Shown: positions 1 to 11,056 of the stretch, piece by piece | Numbering within the stretch: the first letter of the stretch is position 1 | Layout of the letters: each line of letters starts with the position of its first letter | From: Ginkgo biloba | Taxonomy: Eukaryota; Plantae; Ginkgophyta | DNA: 19,348 bases | Reading direction: 5' to 3' | Assembly: GCA_024626585.2 (NCBI GenBank) | Contig: JANKJI020000002.1 | Location: 107,266,544 to 107,285,891 of the forward strand | The notes under the pieces: generated by a model | What the model was told of the DNA's origin: nothing | The model's database searches: none | The model's input: the letters and a program-made list of their open reading frames with translations, nothing else | Translations under genes and position numbers: made by a program

Positions 1-340
1 TAATCATGCTTGTAAGATTTTCCTAATTATTGCATTGCCAACAACTTGCTTTCTGATAGGCCCTTAACATACTTGTCATACAACTCTAGATACTTCATGG
101 GGGTAAAACATATCAACATAAAATGTGATTAGGTCCTAATCAATATAAGGTGCCCCCCATGAGTTCGAATGGTAATGCTTTATGGGCGAGACTCTTCCTC
201 TCTACCCTATCCAACCCACGGGGTATTCACCCAGTAAATAAAAGTTTGGCCAGATCAACATACTACTTAGGACTTGAAAAAGACTTGCATTGGGGAAATC
301 ATAGAGAACACCAAACGAGTGCACCAACCAAATTCAGTTA
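1..340 (-). mobile_element. Degenerate Ty3/gypsy pol fragment (RNase H-integrase linker and integrase zinc-binding region), running off the window start
   Basis: Minus strand with frameshifts: DFPNASLFQV...GLDRVERKSLAHKALPFELMGGTLY*LGPNHILC*YV...GNAIIRKILQA. This resembles the Athila/Tat-type consensus ...LYxxGxDxILRRCV...GGHxAGxATxxKILxAG. Confidence 0.6.
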
Positions 341-699
341 AACTAAAATATAAGTTTCCTTTATGTGTGAAAGATGAGACAGTTACGCACCTACTTTTAT
401 GAAGCCCCTAGGCTAGTGTTTGAAGATTATGGTTGCTTATTTGACAATTCAATTAGCTTTTGATTTACTTGGGGGTTTGGGGCCCTGGTTTGCTACACAT
501 ATTTAGCATTTTATAGAATTAAAGTGCTTTTCTAATCAGAAAAAAAAAGAAATCCAATGGCTTTTGATCAGGATAAGTCTCCTTCTATGATCATTAACCA
601 CTCTTTGCAATTTTTTTCTATAGATTCAACATCAGGGCAAGTAGATTTTCTAGTTGAACTTGTTTACCTAATGGATCTTATTGAACTTTAGTGAGTGCC

Positions 700-1140
700 C
701 CTTGCATAGTCAACAAGGTGCCACTAGAGCAAAAGAAGGAAGTTGTGGAGAGAGGCAACAAGGCAAAGAGAACATTGATAAGAAAGCAAAGTAGGTGTAG
801 GGAGTGGAAGGTACCCACTTGTAAGATTTTCCTTTCCCCCTCCTAAGAATGATAATTCCCTTCCCTTTGTTGTTGCTTCTCTCAAAGCATTCCTCTACAA
901 TGTTTAGGGTCCCCACAAAGCAAGAGCAAGGTGAGAACAATGGTTGGGCTCCGGTTGATGATGACCTCTCTTGTTAGGCTTCTAGTTGGGCGCACAGAAG
1001 GGACCAAAATGACAAAGCAACCTCTCCTCTCATTGCCCCAATGGCTTAAATTGTGTTTATATGCATGAATTTGGTTGGTTATCTTTATCTGTGATAGTTG
1101 CCCTTTGGGCTGAATGCACATTTCCGTTATGTGCCTTTAA
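700..1140 (-). mobile_element. Possible gag remnant with a frameshifted zinc knuckle, perhaps the same element as 1-340
   Basis: At ~931-887 two frames combine to PCS..CGDPKH / IVEEC, a CX2CX4HX4C-like pattern. This is weak and needs a frameshift. Confidence 0.3.
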
Positions 1141-4100
1141 GACTTTTTGTATCTATGTAGTTAGATACTATCCCTTTGTCAAGGTATGAATGGCACAAAA
1201 TGCCAAGGGTGTGTTTCTATTCCACCCAATTTTATTGTACAGTGCTTGCGATTCTTCCTATATAATGATAATTACATTTAAAATAGAAAGGTGTTCGTAA
1301 GTAAGAGGTACTTTAAGGATGAATACAGCGGTATTAAACAAAAAAATACTTTTCCCTTGACCTTAGCTGAATCCACTAACAGAAGCGAAGATGCTATTAA
1401 GATGCATCATAACTTTAATTTTATTTATCCGTCAGTCGGAAATAGCCCTCATTCAGGCAGTCCAGTTTCAACTTATTGTAGCTCTGCATTGCTCTCTGAT
1501 AGATAATCCCGTTGAGGACATTTCAGGTTGAATTTCACTCATTTCTTCGGTTTTTAACCTCTAAACGTACATGGCAAGGAGCCATTACCTTGCATCGAAG
1601 TAAAATATCTGGTTTACTTCTATATGTCATTGAATGCAAAGTGGCGCTTAAATTTTGAAAACTGTAGGAAAACTATAATGGAATTTAGATTAATAAATCC
1701 ACCCGCAGGAAGTGGCCCTAAGTTAAGCGGCAGTGGAAAATGGCCCAAAGCAAACAAATTACCTTAGGCAATGATGCGTTTCCAGGTGCTTTTTGTCATT
1801 TTGATGTCACGTAATATAAAAAAATAAGGATGTCTAGGGCACATATTCTACAATTTTGAATTCTTTTGTGAAATTNNNNNNNNNNNNNNNNNNNNNNNNN
1901 NNNNNNNNNNNNNNNNNNNNNNNNNNNNNNNNNNNNNNNNNNNNNNNNNNNNNNNNNNNNNNNNNNNNNNNNNNNNNNNNNNNNNNNNNNNNNNNNNNNN
2001 NNNNNNNNNNNNNNNNNNNNNNNNNNNNNNNNNNNNNNNNNNNNNNNNNNNNNNNNNNNNNNNNNNNNNNNNNNNNNNNNNNNNNNNNNNNNNNNNNNNN
2101 NNNNNNNNNNNNNNNNNNNNNNNNNNNNNNNNNNNNNNNNNNNNNNNNNNNNNNNNNNNNNNNNNNNNNNNNNNNNNNNNNNNNNNNNNNNNNNNNNNNN
2201 NNNNNNNNNNNNNNNNNNNNNNNNNNNNNNNNNNNNNNNNNNNNNNNNNNNNNNNNNNNNNNNNNNNNNNNNNNNNNNNNNNNNNNNNNNNNNNNNNNNN
2301 NNNNNNNNNNNNNNNNNNNNNNNNNNNNNNNNNNNNNNNNNNNNNNNNNNNNNNNNNNNNNNNNNNNNNNNNNNNNNNNNNNNNNNNNNNNNNNNNNNNN
2401 NNNNNNNNNNNNNNNNNNNNNNNNNNNNNNNNNNNNNNNNNNNNNNNNNNNNNNNNNNNNNNNNNNNNNNNNNNNNNNNNNNNNNNNNNNNNNNNNNNNN
2501 NNNNNNNNNNNNNNNNNNNNNNNNNNNNNNNNNNNNNNNNNNNNNNNNNNNNNNNNNNNNNNNNNNNNNNNNATGTCTTTCGGAACAAAAGTATCCCATG
2601 TGACCACCTTTTTAAGTCCAAAATCTTAAAAGGTATTGTTTTAGTTCCGAGTTTAGCTCCTGAGGGTTTATCATATGACCCTGCTCTTCAATTCTTAGCG
2701 CCTTTTGATTTTTCTAAGGTTGGACTTACAAATTTTTTGATTTTTTTTTTTTTTAAATTTAGAATTTTGCCAGTGTGACGCGATTTCTTCGAAATTTTTC
2801 GAATTTTCTCTGCGGCGTGATCTTTGAGTGTTTTCTCCACTTTGCGATTCTTCGTTGGTTTCCGTTCTGCAATTCTTTGTTGCTATCCGCTCCACGATTC
2901 TTCTTTGTGCACAATTCTCTGGGTCCTCCGTTGTTTCGATACTCCGATTTTTGTTTCACATTCTTGTGACTTGATGGCTTGTTCTTGGACTAGCGCGTTA
3001 TCTTCTTCTTAGTTTTGTTTGGTTTTCTACAAGCTTATTTGTTTAAATCCTCTGTTAGTTCAATGAATATTTGTTGTTTGATATTAGAGTTTCAAATTTT
3101 CAGATATCTTATCTTTGCCTTACAAATCAAATATCTTATTAAAGCTTTTACTTCAAGAAAGATGAGATGTTATAATTTTAAGAGGAGGAAAGGATAGAGT
3201 ATTATAATCTTTATTTTTGTCATAGTTAAGGAAAAATATTTTGAATTTGTTACATTTTCTTTCATGTTTTGAGTGAAATTCTAAATCCCTATACTTTATA
3301 GCTATGAAACAACAAGTCCTAGTAGGATGTCAAACGAGCCCCTTTTCTACTCTAATAATAAAAATATGCAAGAACATCTTTTGTTTAAATATAAAAAATG
3401 TTAAAAAAAATTGTAAATTTTTTATAGATTGTTCAAAAAATATAAATAAAGCATTTTTTAAGAAACATTACATTAATTCTTCATCGTGTTGAGTTAAAGT
3501 ATAATTGCTTAGATATAAATAATTTTCTTACTTTGTTGAGGTCGTATGATTAATTGACATAACCACTATTGCATTGTTATAAACCAAAGTTTAAAATTTA
3601 GTATATGGNNNNNNNNNNTTGTTTGGATGAAATCAGTGTTAAGGCATGTTGTTACTATGGAGATTTTAACCATTGAGATTAGGATATTAGGCTAAGTTAA
3701 TATATTGGTAATTTGTTGTTCTTATGTCTTATAATTTATGTAAAGATGTGTTGTTAAGATTACATAACTAATCACTTTAGGTTTAGTCTATGGATATATG
3801 TTAATATATATAATTTAAATTACTTTTCAAGTTTAATATATATTATNNNNNNNNNNNNNNNNNNNNNNNNNNNNNNNNNNNNNNNNNNNNNNNNNNNNNN
3901 NNNNNNNNNNNNNNNNNNNNNNNNNNNNNNNNNNNNNNNNNNNNNNTATAAAATTATTGATGGAATCCCATTGAATCCCATGTATATGATCTCTCTCTAA
4001 GATAATGAGGAGGAATTTATAGAAATATAAGGAATAAAAATTAGTTTGGATAAATCACACTAATAAAATGTGACTACCACATGTTTAAGATTCATTTATA

Positions 4101-5193
4101 CTAATTACATAAATCATGGGAAAGGAGGAGTAGGTTTTCTAGTTTGTATAAAATGGTCTCTTATAACAAAAGTACCTAATGGTACCCCATCTTACCTCAT
4201 TACTGGCCAACATAAACCATGAACTTGGTACCTCAAATTTTGATCCTATGTTGACAATTGATTTATTTTCATATCATAAAAAGGGATGTATTATGTCAAT
4301 ATGATCCTATCAGTTTATATAGAGATTATGATTTTTCGATTCATTTTTCTAATGATTTGATTTCCAAGCATAATAAGTTTATAATGTTTGTGTTCAAATC
4401 TCTTTTACACCCTCATAGATTACTTGAATATTGTGAATGGATTCGTGACATATGGATACCACACTAAATTTCATGCTAGTGGCTCCGATAGAGAAGGAAA
4501 AATGAGAGGACGTGCTAAAATCAGAAGATGGAGTAAAAAATATTCTTGAGTCATGTGAATCATATTATAATATTTTCCCACTCCTGTCCATTGTTAGTTG
4601 TTCCACCAATCGATCGTGGAACCACACTAAGCAAATAGTTAAACCTTGATGTCTTAATGGTTGGTAGTGGTGGTTGATATATTTTTTCCCATAATTTGAT
4701 TAAGCATATATAAATGCACATAAGATACTTTCACCTCCTCTTACCCACATCCTCCACCATAGATAAATTGAAAGAATATATTCAACAACAATTCCAATGC
4801 AATTCCTTGATTCATGTTGTAAATTTATCCTTTCCTGGGAGAATTCTATTCTATGTATGTCATTATTACATTAATATGCCTACAAATACAATTCATTATT
4901 TTAGTGGAAATAATGGTTTTATAATAGGAGAGGGTAAAGTAGAATTCCATAAATTCTCATAGGAAGAATTTTAATACAGTTTGCTCTGTGTGATATTAAC
5001 TATAATCTTGTCGCTAAAGTTTATTCTAATTATGAAATGCCCTTCCTAATTAATGTATCATTGAGACAAAAGATTCCATTTTTTTTTTTTTTTNNNNNNN
5101 NNNNNNNNNNNNNNNNNNNNNNNNNNNNNNNNNNNNNNNNNNNNNNNNNNNNNNNNNNNNNNNNNNNNNNNNNNNNNNNNNNNNNNNNNNNNN

Positions 5194-5579
5194 TGGGAAT
5201 GAGCATGTGATAGAAGCATGCTATGCTTTGATGATAGAGAAGGTGGAGGATAGAGAGAGTGAAGAAGAGTATGTGGAAGGGACTTCTAAGGAGCCCATGC
5301 AAGGGAAGGATGAGAGGGGACCATAAGAGGTTCCATGTGAAGAATAAAAAGAAGTTTCAAATGAAGAATAAGATGAGGTTTTGTGAAGAGAAAGAGGAAG
5401 ATATGGTGGTGCGTGAAACCCAACCATATATGGAATTTATGGTTGGCATGATGGAGGTCGAAGTGAGTGAATCAATTGTGTTGTGAGAGCTTGATTTATA
5501 AGATATGAATATTTTTTATGGAAGTGATGAGATGACCTCTGATGGAGAAGAGAATAATAAATACTTGAACTATGGAGAA
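5194..5579 (+). mobile_element. Purine-rich decayed acidic reading frame, probably internal region of the LTR element ending at 6549
   Basis: The + strand reads ...EKVEDRESEEEYVEGTSKEPMQGKDERGP*EVPCEE*KEVSNEE*DEV... with many stops, directly upstream of the LTR-like segment. Confidence 0.3.
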
Positions 5580-6549
5580 TGGTGCAGGAGGATCCTAATA
5601 GCACTCATCAGAGTGAAAATTTTGTGAAGTTTTGGTGGAGTCGATCGAGAGGTTGTAGTGGATAAGTCCCAAGGGAAAGTTTGGAAAAATACAAGGTTAA
5701 CTAACAATGACAACATTAGGAAGTGTGGATAGTGTGCAAAACCAAAAGGAATAATTTCATTGGCGAAGTAAGGAAGGCGGTGACACCAAAATGGTGACCA
5801 TGCTTGGCAGACAAGTGACAAAGGGTGGCAGACCCATGTCTGTAAGATGAGTGACAAAGGGTGGTAGGCCCATGTTTGGAAAATGAGTAATGAAGGGTGA
5901 TAGATCCATGTCTAGAAGACGACCAATGAATGAAGATAGACCCATGCATGGAAAATGAGTGATGAAGGGTGACAAACCCATGTCTGGTAGATGAGTGGTA
6001 AAGGGTAGTAGACCTATGTTTGGAAGATGAATGATGAAGGGTGGAAGACCTATGTATAGAAGACGAGTGATGAAGGGTGATAGACCCATGTCTAGTAGAC
6101 AAGTGACAAAGGGTAGAAGACCCATGTTTGGAAGGTGAACGGAGAAGGGTGGTAGACCCATATCTAGTAGATGAATAATGAAGGGTGACATACCCATATT
6201 TGGAAGATAAGCGATAAAGGGTGACAGACCCATATCTAGAAGATGAAAGATGAAGGGTGATAGACACATGTCTAGAAGATGAGCGATAAAGGATGGCAGG
6301 CCACTAGTGCAACCGATATTTTCCAAACAAGNNNNNNNNNNNNNNNNNNNNNNNNNNNNNNNNNNNNNNNNNNNNNNNNNNNNNNNNNNNNNNNNNNNNN
6401 NNNNNNNNNNNNNNNNNNNNNNNNNNNNNNNGTTCCTCATGACCTTCTTTGTTAGAACTTTCCACTCGGATTTCAGTCACTAGGTATTTTCTCTTTTGTT
6501 GTTTTGTGTGACATCTCAAATTTTTTACCCTTAGAGTTGTGGTACATCA
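5580..6549 (+). mobile_element. Putative LTR (3' LTR-like) containing the 36-bp array
   Basis: Begins TGGTGCAGG just after a short purine run (ggagaa, polypurine-tract-like) and ends ...GTACATCA, giving TG...CA termini with an imperfect inverted repeat. The first ~135 bp are homologous to 6596-6726. No target-site duplication found. Confidence 0.5.
5795..6298. repeat. Tandem array of 14 x 36-bp units (minisatellite)
   Basis: Units start at 5795, 5831, 5867, 5903, 5939, 5975, 6011, 6047, 6083, 6119, 6155, 6191, 6227 and 6263. Consensus is approximately GACCCATGTYTRGAAGATGAGTGATGAAGGGTGRYA. Exact 36-bp period, no spacers. Confidence 0.95.
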
Positions 6550-6595
6550 GTTCAGAGGCTTCTTCCTAGTTTTCGTGGGATGTGCTCTCCACATT

Positions 6596-7811
6596 TGATG
6601 CAGGAGCATCCCAATAGCACATGATAGAGTGCAAATTTTGTAAAGTTTTGGCGGAGCCGACAGTAAGGTTGCAGTGGATAAGTCTTGAGAAATTTTGAAA
6701 AATACAAGCTTGACTGACAGTGACAAGGCAATGAGCGCCACCAAGGTGAACAATGCCACCGACGGAGAAGTCCGACAAGGAAGACACCATGTCGATGACT
6801 GAAACTGACAGAGTGCCGACATGAGGAAGTCATGAAGAGGAGATGTGGAAATGAGCACTGTCAGAGAAGACTAACCAATGTCGATGGATGATATTGACAT
6901 GACAAGAAGTGGGAAACATACAAAGAAATGACGATGACAAAAACCTACAGAGCATCGACATGAGGCAATTGGGTAACAAGGGCTGAGAAGAGAGCCTTTG
7001 GACGAGGAAACTGACGAAGGGCCTAGTGACAAGCTTGTCAAGCCGTTTTGAAGAACCGACCAATGTGGAGAGAAAAAAAGGCCCAGGGACAAAGACGGAG
7101 TTGTGTAGAAGGAAGTTGGCACTTGGACATTAATGGCGATAGGTAACTGCACCTATGATAATGAAAGAATCCAGGAGCCAAAAAAATATGACACTCAAGG
7201 TGGATATTTAGGAGACCCTAAAGGAACAACCACCAGGCTACTATAGAGCACAAGGAAGCCATGCCATAGATGGTCATTGAAGGCATCTTAATGAAAGGAG
7301 CCATTGTAGTTGTAATGAACCTCGCCAACTAAGCCATTGGAAGGATACATTGGCTTATAGTGTGTGGAGCATATAAGTTGAGAAGAAAGAAGAAAAAAAG
7401 GTGAATTCATTAATTCATTGGGTGGTTGATGGAGCAGAATGCCAAAACAACACAAAATCAGGGCAGATAATTAGTGGAGAGTGCAGATCAAGGTAGATGT
7501 CGATCAGGAGGCAACCTAAGATAAGAAGCTTGATGCACATAATGAAGTGAGTGCATACATAGTTCTAGTTATAGAGCTAAACCACTGAGGAACCAAACAT
7601 TGATTAAGAGGTAGCTCCACTAGTGGCCTTTGGAAAGAAAACCTAAGAAGAATGATAGATCATTGATTATGAGGTAGTTAAGGTAAGGCATTGGGGAATT
7701 TGCCAATGGAGGAAGTTATCCTCGTATTCTTATGCTATAATCCTATCAAAAGATTGGAAGAAGGTTGGACCAATGAGACCTAAGATTATGTAAATTTGTT
7801 GGATTACATCA
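6596..7811 (+). mobile_element. Second putative LTR of a related family
   Basis: Begins TGATGCAGG with a candidate end ...TTACATCA at 7811 (TGATG/CATCA inverted termini). Its 5' ~130 bp align with 5580-5713. The flanks (acatt / tcgcc) are not a target-site duplication, so the right end is uncertain. Confidence 0.45.
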
Positions 7812-8060
7812 TCGCCTAAGAATGCGTTTGCAGAGTGAAGCAGTGGCAGGACAAAGCCCTTGTACAGATCCTTTGAGAGATGATAGGCCACTAGACAGAA
7901 GCCTGATGGGTGGCACAAATACACACTTGTAATGTTATTTTCTTTTTTAGGATTTTTAAANNNNNNNNNNNNNNNNNNNNNNNNNNNNNNNNNNNNNNNN
8001 NNNNNNNNNNNNNNNNNNNNNNNNNNNNNNNNNNNNNNNNNNNNNNNNNNNNNNNNNNNN

Positions 8061-9830
8061 TTACTCCACCATTTTTTATTATGAATTCAACTTGTTACAA
8101 TATTGTGTCTTATGAGCATTTCTCAGGCCTCCACTCCTTCAATAGATCTAATGACTCTGTATGTGAATACCAAGGATTCCCATGCCACCTTGGAGTTTGG
8201 CAAAGCAACAAATTTTCCATTTTTATCCTATGAAATCATTTTTTTCCTTCAGAAGAGGACCAACAGATGTTCCTTACCAGTGTTTGAAGGACCAAAGGAA
8301 GTTCCTTACCAGCTTTTGAAGGCCATTATGTGATGCCCTAGAAGGGGCCCAATAAGAGGAGTAATAGACATGTGTGGCATTGAGCACCTTGGAGGTGATC
8401 TGCAATCTAATAGGACGACTCATAAGCCTTGTGCCCTAATACTCCAACCTCTTCTCCACCCTGTTAATCACATAATTCCACATGTCTGAGAGCGAGGCTT
8501 ATAAGCCANNNNNNNNNNNNNNNNNNNNNNNNNNNNNNNNNNNNNNNNNNNNNNNNNNNNNNNNNNNNNNNNNTAATGGGGATTTCACTTATTGAACACC
8601 AATAGCAAAGAGTTTTCCTCCACTTGATGTTGGACCCTGAAGCTTCACAAAAAGTTGCCAAGCAATCCATTGTAGTTATGACAATTTCTTTTGAGGCCTC
8701 CACTATGAGGAAGGAGTCATCTGCAAAATGATCATTAATCATTTGACCCGAATTGGGAGTAGACAGGGATATGTCCCTTGATTGTTNNNNNNNNNNNNNN
8801 NNNNNNNNNNNNNNNNNNNNNNNNNNNNNNNNNNNNNNNNTTGCCTTTTTTCTTTATTCAATAAGACCATGGGTTTTGAATACTGCAACAAAGTGCTCTT
8901 GAAAAATTGCTGCTATTTACTCTAGAGAGGTGATCCTACCTTGTTCAATTTTGAGGGCTTGAATTTGCTCCATTATTTTTTTTTTCTAAGAGCGTAGAAA
9001 AACTACTTGGATGGCCTATCCCCAAACTTAAGCTAGTGCAATCTAGCTCTTATTTGGGCCCCTTTGGCTTTCCTAATTTTGGCTAGCTTTAGCTCATGGG
9101 TAAATTTAGTTGCACTACTTTCAAACAGTGTNNNNNNNNNNNNNNNNNNNNNNNNNNNNNNNNNNNNNNNNNNNNNNNNNNNNNNNNNNNNNNNNNNNNN
9201 NNNNNNNNNNNNNNNNTTGTTTTTCAAAGCCTCTTATAAAGCGAGTGACCCTCTTGATTGTGTGATTCCACTAGAGAATCCAACTGTGATCCCCCAAGGG
9301 CGCAGGGATCAAAAAAAAAATATTGCAAATTCTAATTACACAAGCCCAAGTCTCCAAATGGAAAACATTCAGCAGAATCACAGATCTTCTTGTAGAAAGC
9401 TTATGCTCCCCCCAGGGAATGTTAAAAGCAATGGAGGAATGATCAAACAACATAATATGCCCTAGCACCTTCACTAGCCTCCCTTCTCCATGTTGGATTA
9501 TAAAGTCATTGCCATTTATAAGTGATTGGGTCATGGAAGCAAAAGTATTTTATTTAAGTGACGACATCTACCTTATTTGGGTCCAAAGCAACTACAAAAG
9601 GGGGAAGAGTACCAGACTCACCTTGTGGTGTACCTTTGGAACAAACTTGCATGCTCTCTTAGGCACCATCTTGCATCGGCTGCAACCTAACTTGAGTATC
9701 AAAGCGTGTGAAAATTTGTTCGCCAACCTGCATAAAGCCAGAGGGCTCCACAGTGGTCACGACCAGGGATTTAAAGCCTTCCTACCTACTTCTCAACTCT
9801 AATTACTCTGGTGGTGTGCGAATTAAACAC
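8061..9830 (-). mobile_element. Degenerate L1-type LINE ORF2 (endonuclease C-terminal part, linker, RT, post-RT region)
   Basis: Minus strand: endonuclease end HIMLFDHSSIAFNI (~9455-9415); linker KGAQIRARLH*LKFGDRPSK*FFYAL (~9065-8990); RT catalytic HFADDSFL...FCEASGSNIKWRKT (8742-8610); post-RT KVLNATHVYYSSYWAPS...LVRNFLW...WKICC..LQGGMGILG (~8390-8170). The boundaries are approximate. Confidence 0.85.
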
Positions 9831-10409
9831 CCCCCACTCGAAGATTTTTTTCCATCTTCAAAGCAGAGCATTTTTCTTGCATTCTTCCTCTCCAATGCAT
9901 TGAAAAAACTTTGATAACAATATCATACATATTAAGACAATTATTGATACAAGGAAATTTTCTTGTAATCTTGTACTAGTGGGCAAGTATTTAAATGCAA
10001 GAATTTATTTCACTAAATAAGTATGTGAACTAGTAAAAAAAGGTGTTTTCACATAGTTACAAAGGATCATCATCACACCTTCCCTATATTCTCATGCATC
10101 TACAAACTCCAAAACATGTAAGAAGGTGCATGAAACACACATGTACATAATAAAAAATATGTATAGCTTTCTATTCTTTTATATGCATACAAGAATGTAA
10201 AATTCATAGTACCTTCTTTTTTGGTGGGGCAGTGGGGTTGCCTACAAAAAAGGTCAAAGGGAGCCATGGAAGCATATATAAGATATTTCCAATTTCAAAT
10301 ATTTCATATTNNNNNNNNNNNNNNNNNNNNNNNNNNNNNNNNNNNNNNNNNNNNNNNNNNNNNNNNNNNNNNNNNNNNNNNNNNNNNNNNNNNNNNNNNN
10401 NNNNNNNNN

Positions 10410-10596
10410 TCCAGACAACAGACTAGCTATGAGTGACATTGAGAAGGAAGACTTAAAAAGATATAATTTTGGTGAAATGCCATTATAGGAGCTTGTATTT
10501 GCTACAAAATTTTCAGTCCAGCAGCCAACATATTGTACAATGTTACTAAATTCAGAGTCTTTTTCATCAGAGGTACAATTGAACAAATCAACCTAG
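10410..10596 (-). other. Probable SF3A2 3' UTR
   Basis: Directly follows the stop codon. U-rich on the minus strand with several TGTA motifs, as is typical of plant 3' UTRs. The end point is not determinable. Confidence 0.5.
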
Positions 10597-11056
10597 CTAT
10601 TGTTGTGGTGGCCTCTGCATCATTTGGCCCATATTTGGCGGCGGTGGAGCTGGCCGCATTCCTTGTCCTTGAAGCTGCTGCATAGGAAAACCTTGCGGAG
10701 GAGGTGGTGGTGGTCGGCCCATTTGATGACCTGGAGTGAAATTTGCCATTGGACCACCACCCATAGGTGGGGGTGGCATTGGTGGGCCTCCACCTCCTTG
10801 ATGTGGGAATGACCCACTAGGAGGCATAGGTCGTGGTGGCCCATTCATTGATGATGGAGGTGGTGGTGGACCACNNNNNNNNNNNNNNNNNNNNNNNAGG
10901 ACCTCTTGGTGGAGGCAAAGGAGCTCCACTTGGAGGTGGTGGTGCTTGTGGTGGTGGTGGCGGCCTAGGAGGACCACTAGGAGCCGAAGTACCATTTGCA
11001 GCAGGTGCAGCCCCCTTGGTAGCCTCCATTGGTTTGGTTTTAAAGTAAAGTTGTAG
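10597..11056 (-). CDS. SF3A2: SF3A2 last coding exon, proline-rich C-terminal tail
   Basis: Acceptor gttttgcag|CTA CAA CTT TAC TTT AAA (LQLYFK). Continues GAAPAANG...PPPP...GGGPMANFTPGHQMGRPPPPPPQGF...QRPPQQ to a TAG stop at 10599-10597. The frame changes across the 23-N gap at 10875-10897, probably from gap mis-sizing. Confidence 0.92.

Noticed and set aside
1796-2629. Four ~257-267 aa ORFs, and similar X-filled ORFs elsewhere
   Set aside because: Artefacts of reading through N gaps.
4600-4622. Hairpin gttccac-N9-gtggaac
   Set aside because: The perfect stem is only 7 bp, expected by chance in 19 kb, and there is no supporting context.
4440-4960. Possible decayed coding sequence (transposon-associated plant mobile domain) on the minus strand
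   Set aside because: Manual translation gave no convincing motif. An HMM or blastx search would be needed.
5795-6298. 36-bp periodic repeats as a CRISPR array
   Set aside because: The units are head-to-tail with no unique spacers, there are no cas genes, and the context is a spliced eukaryotic locus.
5716-6440. 183-aa His/Ser-rich and 227-aa hydrophobic repeat ORFs as real proteins
   Set aside because: Both are translations of the same 36-bp array in two frames. A unit length divisible by 3 and few stops on the pyrimidine-rich strand keep frames open, and the variation follows CpG decay, not codon position.
10600-11048. Plus-strand Gly/Trp-rich ORFs
   Set aside because: Antisense shadows of the SF3A2 Pro-rich exon.
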